Shown here: piece by piece, positions 7,449 to 16,264 of the stretch
Layout of the letters: every line of letters begins with the position of its first letter
How positions within the stretch are numbered: position 1 is the stretch's first letter
Origin: Thermoproteus tenax Kra 1
GTDB taxonomy: Archaea > Thermoproteota > Thermoprotei > Thermoproteales > Thermoproteaceae
DNA length: 32,000 bases
Direction: 5' to 3'
NCBI RefSeq assembly: GCF_000253055.1
Contig: NC_016070.1
Span: forward strand, 1,350,001-1,382,000
The notes under the pieces: model-generated
The model's input: the letters and a program-made list of their open reading frames with translations, nothing else
What the model was told of the DNA's origin: nothing
The model's database searches: none
Translations under genes and position numbers: made by a program

Positions 7449-9169
7449 GTTCCGCAGCAGAATGTCTTATCGCCGCTGAGTTCGGGCTCCCGCAGTTGAC
7501 CTATTCTCACGACAATCCGTCTCTGTGGATCTACGACCTTATTATGTCTTGCTAAATAGCAGGGATCATGTATAGTCATTACATCGGAAGTCGATTTAAT
7601 TTTTATTGAATTTTCTTCTAAAAGTTTAGCTAAGAATTCACTGTGATGATATACTTCAATCTCTACGCCAAAACGTCTATATTCATTCTTAAATGTATTA
7701 TATCCATGAGGACATATAGTAATGATTTTTTTAACGTTATATTTTAAAAATATATTTTTGTTATTTAGGACTATTTCTTGGAATCTGCTCTCCTCGCCTA
7801 GCCTTCTGGCAGGGTCTCCACAACATGTCTCCTCATCGCCTAAGATGGCAATTTTATCAAGCATTTTAGCCTCCCTCAGAATCTCAATAAGGGATCTGAT
7901 TATCTGCTTTGCCCTATTGTCAAAGCTCCCCATACAGCCGACCCAAAGCAGATACTCAAACTCCGGGTTTTCCGCCACCGTCTTAACGCCAAGCTCCCTC
8001 AACCATTCGTGTCGCCCATAGTTGCTCTGCATGAGCGTGTTCCCGTACTGGCTCAGAGACATCAATAGATCGCTCTTCTTCTGGTCTATCTTGGAGCTAA
8101 ATACAAGGCTCCTCCTAAGGTCAACTATATAGTCGATATGCCTTATATACACAGGACATACGGCCATGCAGGCCCCGCATGTAGTGCACGCCCAGACCTC
8201 ATCCTCCGATAGGCCGACCTCAAAAATATTCTTGTCGCTCGGCGCCTCGGCTATTTTGTTAATTAACGCGCGAGGGCTCAGAGGACGGCCGGCCGCATAG
8301 GCAGGACAAAGGTCGTCGCACCTGCTACATCTGGTACAGGCGTCGGGCATGATCTTATGGACTATATCAAGGTCCGCCTTAGTGCCCACGCCTATTTTCA
8401 AATCGGTCTGGCCGCTCTCAAGAACTTTTTCCAAATCGAAGGGCGTTGTTAGCTCACCAGATGGTCTATCTATTGAAATATAGTTAATATATCCTATTAA
8501 CATATGTTTTAAAATTGATATTGGAATTATAGTTAATAAAGTAAAAGCTATAATAATATGAATAAAATAAGATATCTCATATACTATTAAGGGCGGCCTC
8601 GGCACTATGTAGGACAGCGGAGACCAGACCGTTGGTCCACCGAAGTAATACTCCACTCTGAACCTCTGAAGTATTATTCCAGTAATAGAAATGATAATAA
8701 ATCCAATTAATATTAAAATATATTGATTATATAAATTATTATATTTAGTCCTATTTCTAAATATACGATATATTCCTAGAACAGGACCTATTATTAGAGA
8801 TAAGGCGGCCACGTCCAGAAGAAATCTGAACGCCAAAAAGAGCGGACCGCCATATGTCAGTCCAGTATACTGGTAGAACGCAACTATTATAGTCGCAATG
8901 AGCGAGATCAAAAGTCCGATCACCGTTAGGGAATGAGCGATGCCGCCTAAGGTCTCGGTGGCAAAAAACCGTTGATGTAACAAAAATTCTTTTAAGAAAT
9001 AATATGTTCTTTTTTTGAAAATACTCTTAATAAAAAATTTTAATCCACCAAGTTCTCTGAAAACTTTATTTATGAAATACAATAGGAAAATAACAGATAG
9101 TGTAGCCATGGCGTATACAACGAACTTAGTGTAGGGAGGCATCGCAAGATATTCGATATAATACTCCAT
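7436..9169 (-). CDS. Membrane-anchored Fe-S oxidoreductase: an N-terminal NarI/HdrE-like polytopic domain fused to an HdrD/GlpC-like domain. Truncated at the vector-like insert.
   Basis: Two ferredoxin motifs (CTRCSRCDDLCP, CTTCGACMAVCP) and two CCG motifs (ETCCGDP, KTFCCG). About 240 aa of His-containing TM helices lie at the N-terminus. Confidence 0.82.
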   Translation of the reverse strand: MEYYIEYLAMPPYTKFVVYAMATLSVIFLLYFINKVFRELGGLKFFIKSIFKKRTYYFLKEFLLHQRFFATETLGGIAHSLTVIGLLISLIATIIVAFYQYTGLTYGGPLFLAFRFLLDVAALSLIIGPVLGIYRIFRNRTKYNNLYNQYILILIGFIIISITGIILQRFRVEYYFGGPTVWSPLSYIVPRPPLIVYEISYFIHIIIAFTLLTIIPISILKHMLIGYINYISIDRPSGELTTPFDLEKVLESGQTDLKIGVGTKADLDIVHKIMPDACTRCSRCDDLCPAYAAGRPLSPRALINKIAEAPSDKNIFEVGLSEDEVWACTTCGACMAVCPVYIRHIDYIVDLRRSLVFSSKIDQKKSDLLMSLSQYGNTLMQSNYGRHEWLRELGVKTVAENPEFEYLLWVGCMGSFDNRAKQIIRSLIEILREAKMLDKIAILGDEETCCGDPARRLGEESRFQEIVLNNKNIFLKYNVKKIITICPHGYNTFKNEYRRFGVEIEVYHHSEFLAKLLEENSIKIKSTSDVMTIHDPCYLARHNKVVDPQRRIVVRIGQLREPELSGDKTFCCGTRAN

Positions 9170-9241
9170 GGCGGTTTGCTTAGAACATCCTTAAATATTT
9201 TTTCTATGCTCTGTGTTCAAATAATTATATTTTTCTTTTTA

Positions 9242-9267
9242 TTCATAGAAAATTTATTTTCTATGAA
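9242..9267. repeat. Near-perfect palindrome: two 12-bp arms with a 2-nt spacer
   Basis: TTCATAGAAAAT-TT-ATTTTCTATGAA lies between the cas4-like stop (9284) and the hdr-like start (9169). Confidence 0.7.
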
Positions 9268-9283
9268 ATGAATATAATTATAT

Positions 9284-9931
9284 TTAGACATATTTTTTGC
9301 ATATAGATCTAAATGGACAGCTCCTGCATCTGCTCTCGTCTACTGGAGGCGGGCTCGCGCTCCTCACTATTTCTCTGATTTTGTCCAGTATCTCTAAAGC
9401 CCTTGAGTCTCTCTCTATTCTTTCTACTCTATTTCTATAGACCAAGTATCCGAAGTCTGCTCTTAAGAGCTCCATGTATATCTGCAGCTGCTTGACGTGC
9501 GAACTACGCGAGACGTAGCCGCTCTTTATTTCCACAGGTATTATTTTTCCGCCCCTCTTGAAAATCAAGTCTATCACGCCTACCATATCTCTCAACTCCA
9601 CCTTGTACTCAGACAACACATCCTCGACGCTTGACACAACTCTTTGGTATCTCTCATGGAGTAGGCGTCCCTTGACTAATGCCACCAGAGTCTTCCTGGT
9701 GAGAAGCTTCTTGCCAAGCTTGGCTTGGATCCACAGAAGCCTAGGGCAGTACTCGTAGTCGTTGATCATCGAGGGCGTTATCCTCTTGAAGTCGTATTCA
9801 ACGGCATAGATCGTTGGAGCCAGTTGGTACACCTTATCTGTCTTCTCAAGCTCTCTGAGCGCCTCGTCGAGACTTAGGTCTTCTAAGTCGTCGCAACGGA
9901 CAACCTTACAGAGGGGTGGAGGTATCAGCAC
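9284..9931 (-). CDS. cas4: Cas4-like / RecB-family PD-(D/E)xK exonuclease with a Cys cluster (stand-alone)
   Basis: Has an N-terminal YEYCPRLLW, a core VIDLIF...IIPVEIKSG and a C-terminal CRSCPFRSIC. The GTG start lies 21 nt after the GTPase stop. The N-terminus is longer than usual, so the start is uncertain. Confidence 0.7.
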   Translation of the reverse strand: MLIPPPLCKVVRCDDLEDLSLDEALRELEKTDKVYQLAPTIYAVEYDFKRITPSMINDYEYCPRLLWIQAKLGKKLLTRKTLVALVKGRLLHERYQRVVSSVEDVLSEYKVELRDMVGVIDLIFKRGGKIIPVEIKSGYVSRSSHVKQLQIYMELLRADFGYLVYRNRVERIERDSRALEILDKIREIVRSASPPPVDESRCRSCPFRSICKKYV

Positions 9932-9952
9932 CGTTGCTCATCAATTCGCAAT

Positions 9953-11497
9953 TTAAAACACTTGGGCTACCTTGCCCAAGACTCTGGTGGGACCGTTCCT
10001 GAAGATAAACCTATCTCCCTCGACAATATACCATGGCTTCGCCAGCTTCAACTCTATCCTCCCCATATCTCCCAACATCAACGCGCCCTTGTCTATCCAA
10101 GTGATTGTAGCCGGCGTCCTTATTGTCCTAAGGTGCACCACGCCTGTGAAGCCCGGCCTTATAGCGGTGGGATGCCTCAGGACAATGACGTCGGCTATCA
10201 GCCGCGTCACCGAGCCCGCGGGCTCTGGCAATATGACCATCCCCTTCGCCACTTCGTCGACGCCATCCACGGCCACAGTGATATACTGCCCTGGCCTTGC
10301 GGTGGCCACCGAGACTTTGTTTATATGGATCGACTTGATTCTCACCTGTTTCCAAGAACCGTCGGCATATGGCCCCATGTACATCCTCTGTCCGACGTGT
10401 AGCTCGCCGCCCTCCAACAGGCCGCCGACGACAAGGCCGACGCCCCTTACTAAGTAGATCTCCGATATATATAACAACGGCTTACCTGTGTTTGGGACTA
10501 CTATCCTCTTGGGAATGAGAGACAGAAACCTCCTCAATAGTTCAAGTCCCTGTCCTGTGACGTTAGAGACTAAGAAGATCGGGGCCACGCGGCCATTGGG
10601 CATTACCTTGGCGGCCACCGCCACATCTGCCTCGTTTCTGACTAGATAGGGCAACTTGCTAACACCAGGCATCTTGAGCAGGGCCATCACGTCGTTGAGC
10701 GTTCTCTCTAATACGTCGTTGGGCGTTATGTCTATCCTAGTGATTACTACGAAGACGGGTATAGACATGGCTACGGCTATCCCCAGATGTTCCTTGGTCA
10801 TCCTCTGGACGCCGGAGTTCGCCGCGACGACCAACATAGCGTAGTCTGGCGCCGTCCCCAAGATACCCCTCAGAGAGGTCCTTAGATACCCCTCGTGGCC
10901 TCCTACGTCTATTAAGAGTATCGTCTTGTCCGAGTTTAAGAAAACAGAGGCCTCATCAAGCGGATCAGGTAGTTCTGCGTTGACTATGTCGTATCCTCTG
11001 AAGCCCAACAGCCTCGTGGATACAGCCGAGGTCCGGCCCGTCAGAACCTCATGCTTATAGCGCGCTGCATAGGCCCTCGCCCTTCCTCTTCCGTCATCGA
11101 GGTTGCCTGAGACCAAGACGCCGATCAATGTAGACTTTCCAGCGTCTACGTTCCCTATCGCCACTACATACACCGTCGGAGGCGGCTTATCTTCGCCTGC
11201 TCTGTTCCTTATCAAAACCTCTGCTATCTTTCCTCTTATCCCCTCGCCTATTCTGACCAAATAGACGACAGCTCCTATCCTCTCTGCCGCCCTTCTGACC
11301 GCCTCCAACGCTTGATTGAGCTCCTCGTCCCCTATACCAAGAGGCTTTCCGTCGTCCGATACTCCTATTAAGTAAATGGCCTCACCTCCCCCCTCCAGAA
11401 TTCTGCGCCTCATCTGGCCTGCGAAATGGTCTAGATCTATGTCTTTCACGAGCAGTTTGTACTCTATATTGCCCTCCTCCGACTCTGGAGGATACAT
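9953..11497 (-). CDS. GTPBP1-family translational-type GTPase (EF-1alpha-like)
   Basis: Has the P-loop GNVDAGKST, DVGGHEGY and ITRID, followed by beta-barrel domains. 514 aa. Confidence 0.78.
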   Translation of the reverse strand: MYPPESEEGNIEYKLLVKDIDLDHFAGQMRRRILEGGGEAIYLIGVSDDGKPLGIGDEELNQALEAVRRAAERIGAVVYLVRIGEGIRGKIAEVLIRNRAGEDKPPPTVYVVAIGNVDAGKSTLIGVLVSGNLDDGRGRARAYAARYKHEVLTGRTSAVSTRLLGFRGYDIVNAELPDPLDEASVFLNSDKTILLIDVGGHEGYLRTSLRGILGTAPDYAMLVVAANSGVQRMTKEHLGIAVAMSIPVFVVITRIDITPNDVLERTLNDVMALLKMPGVSKLPYLVRNEADVAVAAKVMPNGRVAPIFLVSNVTGQGLELLRRFLSLIPKRIVVPNTGKPLLYISEIYLVRGVGLVVGGLLEGGELHVGQRMYMGPYADGSWKQVRIKSIHINKVSVATARPGQYITVAVDGVDEVAKGMVILPEPAGSVTRLIADVIVLRHPTAIRPGFTGVVHLRTIRTPATITWIDKGALMLGDMGRIELKLAKPWYIVEGDRFIFRNGPTRVLGKVAQVF

Positions 11498-11539
11498 TCT
11501 ATAAATCTCCTATTAAAAAGATTTATAGCTTTAGGTTGT

Positions 11540-13705
11540 TTAAAAGTGTAGAAGGCCCGAGAGCGCTATACCCATGTGTGTATTTGCTAATATTATAGCG
11601 AATGCGAATACTACCGAGAGCGTATTTAATACCTTTATCAACGGGTTGAGCGAGGGGCCCGATGTGTCCTTGAAGGGATCCCCTACAGTATCTCCTATCA
11701 CGACAGCCTTGTGTAACTCCGTCTTCTTAAGGCCTTGTAGCTCTATGTACTTCTTGGCGTTGTCCCATGCCCCTCCGGCGTTAGCCATAAGCAACGCCCT
11801 GGGGACGCCTGATATAACAGCGCCCATTATAAGCCCCGCCAACGCCTGCCAACCTAACACGAAGGCTGTGACGAGGGGCACGACAATAACCACAATGCCT
11901 GGCAGGAGGAACTCGCCTAAGGCCCTCCGCGTAGCTATGTCGACCACGCGGGCATAATCTGGAGTCTCCTTCCACTCCAAGATGCCGGGCTTCTCCTTGA
12001 ACTGTCTCCTGATCTCCTCAACTATCTCCATAGCTGTTCTGCCGACTGCGCCCAACGTCCTGCTTGTAAAGAAATATACTATGATGACGCCTATGAAGGC
12101 CCCTATCAGCACGTTGGGGTTTATTATTGAGATCTCTGATATCGAGGTTCCTAGCAGCGAGGTAAACGGCTGGTGGAGTAGAGTTGATAGAGACCTCATT
12201 ATCTCGAACATTAGGGCGATGAAGAGCACTAGCGCTGCCAACGCAGCGCTTGCAATCGCGTACCCCTTAGTAGTCGCCTTTGTCGTATTGCCTATTGAAT
12301 CCAGCACGTCTGTAACCTCTCTGACGTTGTCGGGAAGACCTGCCATCTCCACTACCCCATTAGCGTTATCGCTCACGGGGCCGTAGGAGTCTGCGGTTAT
12401 TATAATGCCGGCTATAATCAGCAGGCCGACTGAGGCAAGGGCCGTTCCGAAGATGCCGGCAAGATAGGGGCCGTATGACGCAAAGCCTGCTGTTATACTG
12501 CTTGAGAATGCGTAAAAACCAATAATGTACGAAATACCTAATACGCCTATTATGACCAACAGCACGGGCACAGCGCTCATTAGCCCAACGCCGTAGCCCG
12601 TTATAATGACGGTGGCCGGACTTATTTTAGCCTGTTCTGCTATCCTTCTAACAGGCGAGTAGCTATATGACGTATAATAGTCGGTTATCTTAACCACCAA
12701 CGGCGCTATTATGGCACCGAGGGATACTGCGGATGCCATCGCAATGGCTTGCACGAAGGGTAGGCCTAAGGCGAGTGCGCCTACAAAGAACAGTATTATA
12801 GATACAGCTATAGTCACGTACACAGCCGTGCTTATAGAGCCCATGGGGTTCTTGACGCCTTTAGTCCTCAGGGAGTTGATGCCCACGAACGTCGCCAGTA
12901 GGGCCAGAGATGCAAAGAGTATTATCCCCTTTATATACGTCGAGGGAAGGCCTAGGATGTATGCTAGGAATATTGAGGCAGTCACTGTAACTATATAGGA
13001 CTCGTATACGTCTGCGGCCATGCCTGCCACATCGCCGACATTATCGCCGACGTTGTCCGCTATAACGCCGGGATTCCTTGGATCGTCCTCGGGTATACCC
13101 GCCTCTATTTTGCCAACTAGGTCTGCGCCCAGGTCTGCGGCCTTAGTGTATATACCGCCGCCAACTCTCATGAACAACGTCACGAGGCTTGCTCCGAACC
13201 CCAAGGCGACTAATGGGACCGCCCACTCGGCAGTGATTCTGCTGAAAATAAGATAGAAACCCGATATAAGCATCAGAGCTATGCTGGCCAGCGATAGGCC
13301 CATTACAGCACCGGCGCGCCATGAGACCTGTAAAGCCTTGCCCATACCCCCAGATGCTGCGGCCTGGGCCACACGTGAGGCAGATCTAGTGGTCACATAC
13401 ATGCCCAAGTAGCCTGCTAACATAGAGCCCAGGGCGCCGACGACGAAGCCCAACGCTGTCAGCCCGGGCAGGCCCCGCGGAATATCGATGGCCGCCAGTA
13501 TAGCTACCGCTAGGACGACCAAAAGAGCCGCCAAAGTTCTGTACTGTCTAAACAGATATGCGCGCGCTCCCGTCGCGATGGCGTTGGATATGAACCTCAT
13601 TTTCTCGTTGCCGGGATCCTGACTCAGCACCCATCTGGCTAGGTAAACAGCGTAAAGAAGGCCTAAAAGGCCGATAATCAACCCTAATATTGGTATAATC
13701 GCCAT
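11540..13705 (-). CDS. hppA: Membrane-bound proton-translocating pyrophosphatase
   Basis: 721 aa and polytopic. Carries the signature motifs GDNVGDVAGMAADV and GDTVGDPFKDTSGPSLNPLIKV. Confidence 0.95.
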   Translation of the reverse strand: MAIIPILGLIIGLLGLLYAVYLARWVLSQDPGNEKMRFISNAIATGARAYLFRQYRTLAALLVVLAVAILAAIDIPRGLPGLTALGFVVGALGSMLAGYLGMYVTTRSASRVAQAAASGGMGKALQVSWRAGAVMGLSLASIALMLISGFYLIFSRITAEWAVPLVALGFGASLVTLFMRVGGGIYTKAADLGADLVGKIEAGIPEDDPRNPGVIADNVGDNVGDVAGMAADVYESYIVTVTASIFLAYILGLPSTYIKGIILFASLALLATFVGINSLRTKGVKNPMGSISTAVYVTIAVSIILFFVGALALGLPFVQAIAMASAVSLGAIIAPLVVKITDYYTSYSYSPVRRIAEQAKISPATVIITGYGVGLMSAVPVLLVIIGVLGISYIIGFYAFSSSITAGFASYGPYLAGIFGTALASVGLLIIAGIIITADSYGPVSDNANGVVEMAGLPDNVREVTDVLDSIGNTTKATTKGYAIASAALAALVLFIALMFEIMRSLSTLLHQPFTSLLGTSISEISIINPNVLIGAFIGVIIVYFFTSRTLGAVGRTAMEIVEEIRRQFKEKPGILEWKETPDYARVVDIATRRALGEFLLPGIVVIVVPLVTAFVLGWQALAGLIMGAVISGVPRALLMANAGGAWDNAKKYIELQGLKKTELHKAVVIGDTVGDPFKDTSGPSLNPLIKVLNTLSVVFAFAIILANTHMGIALSGLLHF

Positions 13706-13900
13706 AGCGATTATGCTTAAATCTACCTTTTAAATATTATCTAAAATTACAAATTGAGGCCGCCTACTTTTTCACTTTAATAAAATAATATTTTTATAAT
13801 ATAATTAAAAAAATACAGTTTCTAAATAATATAATATAGATATCTTTTTATAACTTATTAGTTTATTTATCTATGCTTGTTGTGCCAGAAGGGGGTACAA

Positions 13901-13908
13901 TATAAAAA
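13901..13908 (+). promoter_or_regulatory. TATA box for atpI
   Basis: TATAAAAA lies 27 nt upstream of the GTG at 13928, at the end of a 222-bp very AT-rich divergent spacer. Confidence 0.5.
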
Positions 13909-13927
13909 GCGGTGATTTCTTTGGCCA

Positions 13928-16264
13928 GTGCCTGTTGAGCGGATTGTGGAATTTCGAGTGGCTGCGCCTATTGATATACTACCCGAGATCATATTCTACA
14001 TAGGTAAAACTAGAGTTGCCATGTTCGAAGACAGACATCCTAGGCTTGTCCGACCCAGAGATCCAGAGGTTGTACAAAGGTTGAGGAGGCTCGATGAAAT
14101 TATCTCCTTTATTTCTCAATATTATCAACCAAATATTGTTTCTTTACCAAGATTACCTTTAATATCTCTCTTGGATCAAATTGAGAACGAAATGATGAAT
14201 TTATTTAACGAGTTGAGGAGTTCTGTAGAACAACTACAAGCCCTCAAGAGCAGACTACTGATAGCGTCTGTGATCAGCCAGATCAAGGGATATAGTTTAC
14301 CCAAGACAGAGGTGCTCGACAGTTATATAGTAATTCCAGGTAAATATCTAAATGAAATTATATCTATATCTAAAAATTTTGGAGCAAGTAATATTTATTT
14401 AAAAGATGCTATATTGATAACTATTGAAAAGAGTAAATCCAAGCTTCTGCTGCAAGCCTTGAACAAATTGGGAGTTCCCGTCCTCTCGTTCGAAGATATC
14501 GAAAAAATAGAAGACCCCAATGAACTAAATAATAAGATTGTTGAATTAAATGAAAAAATAAAAAATATAATAAGTAAAAATAAAGAGGCCATTGACCGAG
14601 CCTATACATTAAAATATGCGTTAACCCTCGTGATTGAGACCTTCAATAAGTCCGCAATTGCTGAGGGCGAGGAGCTGGGACATCTGTTTTCTTCGCTGGC
14701 CTCTGAGATCGAGCGGCTCCATAAAGAGATTGATGAATTAAAGGCAATAAGAGAGGTTATAGGCGCCTTAAAGTCTCTGGGCAAGACCAGCTTGAGGATC
14801 CCGGAGGAGCTTGAGCTATATGCCGAGGTCGCTGACGTCTCCCAGGCAACTCCGATAAAGATCGGCGATAGGGTCGCGTATTTCGCAAGAAGCGGAACCA
14901 AAGGCATTAAGGTACCTCGGCAATACTTAGAGGACGTCCCATCCTCTCTCAACGTGATCGACGAGACTCTGAAGTCGGCGCACAAATCTCTTGAGGGACG
15001 GATGCGCGATCTCGAGACGCTCAAAAGGATCTACGAGGAATATTCAACTTACGGAGATTATCGGTGGGATCTGCATAGAGATGTCGCCTCAATCATCTTC
15101 TATGTACAAGAAAAAGATGTACAAAAGATCGATGATGTATTAACCGATGCAATAAAGGCTCTATCTATAAAAATAGATATAATTAGAAAAATACGATATA
15201 AATACTTCGATAAAATACCTGCTGAGAGAAGGCCCACTCTGGAGAAATTCCCGGCGCCAGTGAGACAGATAGTCAACAAGATAGCGTATATGTACGGCGT
15301 TCCCAGCGCCGAGGAGATCAGCCCGTCGATCTTGGTAGCTGTATTGTTCCCTGTATTCTTCGGTTGGATGTTTGGCGATCTGGGCCACGGGGCACTGCTG
15401 TTCCTCCTAGGGCTGTTTCTTTATACGAAACTCTTCGGAGGGAAGTATAAAGATTGGGGCGTCATATGGATGACCACGGGCATACTCTCAATGATATTCG
15501 GTGGCATTGTGTACGGGGAGGTCTTTGGCCTTCCCTTGTCGAGCCTTGGGGTAGGATGGGACGGACTTGTGCATATGTTCCAGCCGGTCGTCGGGCCTCA
15601 GATGGGTACTGCGATAGAGACTGAAGGCATATTCCTGGACCTCCTCATCGCGCTCCTATTTGGATACCTAATAATGGCCGGGTCATTCTCGCTCAAGATA
15701 GTAAACTTTATAATCAAGGGCGAGGGCGATATGGCGTTAGGCATCGGGTTGCCCATCCTTTTGGTGTACGTTTCTGCCGGCATGATAGTGTTCAACCTAC
15801 TGAGGGCTGTCTTGCCTATGCCCGACGCCATGCTTGCCGTGGTCGATCTTCCATGGATCTATATTTTGATTATTTCAATTATTCTATTAATTATTGGTTC
15901 TATATATTTGTTATTAAAATATAAAAAATATGAAGAGAAGCCGCCAATAGGTTTAGAGATGGCTGTGGGATTGGTCGAGGGCATTTTCGGCGGTCTCGCC
16001 AATGTACCAAGCTTCGCGCGTCTCATGATATTGATTCTGATGCACGCCATATTCACGAAAATGGTCGCCGGCTGGGCGTTGGCCATAGCTTCCTCGGGCA
16101 ATCTTGCGGCGGCTATCACGATAGCGATAGTCTTTAATGGGCTTATAGCGGTAGGCGAGGGCTTCATGTCGCTTGTGCAATCATTGCGTCTTACCTTCTA
16201 CGAGACTCTGAGTAAGTTCTACGAGGGGAGGGGGAGGCTCTTTACGCCTCTCGCGTTACCCTAA
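13928..16264 (+). CDS. atpI: A/V-type ATP synthase subunit I (membrane a-subunit)
   Basis: 778 aa. The N-terminal half is a soluble coiled-coil region and the C-terminal half is polytopic, with SFARLMILILMHAIF and SLRLTFYE (the conserved Arg region). Confidence 0.85.
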   Translation: MPVERIVEFRVAAPIDILPEIIFYIGKTRVAMFEDRHPRLVRPRDPEVVQRLRRLDEIISFISQYYQPNIVSLPRLPLISLLDQIENEMMNLFNELRSSVEQLQALKSRLLIASVISQIKGYSLPKTEVLDSYIVIPGKYLNEIISISKNFGASNIYLKDAILITIEKSKSKLLLQALNKLGVPVLSFEDIEKIEDPNELNNKIVELNEKIKNIISKNKEAIDRAYTLKYALTLVIETFNKSAIAEGEELGHLFSSLASEIERLHKEIDELKAIREVIGALKSLGKTSLRIPEELELYAEVADVSQATPIKIGDRVAYFARSGTKGIKVPRQYLEDVPSSLNVIDETLKSAHKSLEGRMRDLETLKRIYEEYSTYGDYRWDLHRDVASIIFYVQEKDVQKIDDVLTDAIKALSIKIDIIRKIRYKYFDKIPAERRPTLEKFPAPVRQIVNKIAYMYGVPSAEEISPSILVAVLFPVFFGWMFGDLGHGALLFLLGLFLYTKLFGGKYKDWGVIWMTTGILSMIFGGIVYGEVFGLPLSSLGVGWDGLVHMFQPVVGPQMGTAIETEGIFLDLLIALLFGYLIMAGSFSLKIVNFIIKGEGDMALGIGLPILLVYVSAGMIVFNLLRAVLPMPDAMLAVVDLPWIYILIISIILLIIGSIYLLLKYKKYEEKPPIGLEMAVGLVEGIFGGLANVPSFARLMILILMHAIFTKMVAGWALAIASSGNLAAAITIAIVFNGLIAVGEGFMSLVQSLRLTFYETLSKFYEGRGRLFTPLALP

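Noticed and set aside
7643-7649. Other perfect C-box heptamers: GUGAUGA at 7643, AUGAUGA at 12093 and 14199, and minus-strand copies at 20305 and 27050.
   Set aside because: All lie inside coding sequence, and none has a CUGA D box at the required spacing of about 40-45 nt.
9284-9931. Cas4 as evidence for a CRISPR-Cas locus.
   Set aside because: The 32 kb contains no repeat array and no cas1, cas2 or effector genes, so I treat it as an orphan RecB/Cas4-family nuclease.
11574-13256. Several 78-134-aa plus-strand ORFs inside hppA. Similar antisense ORFs occur inside the GTPase, atpI, hemL, hemA, MIPS and GT2 genes.
   Set aside because: All lie antisense to, or out of frame with, strongly supported genes. 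They have Ser/Thr/Ala/Pro-rich shadow-ORF composition.
13706-13927. A replication origin in the long AT-rich spacer.
   Set aside because: No origin-recognition-box-like inverted repeats are visible and no orc1/cdc6 gene lies adjacent. It is kept only as a low-interest observation.
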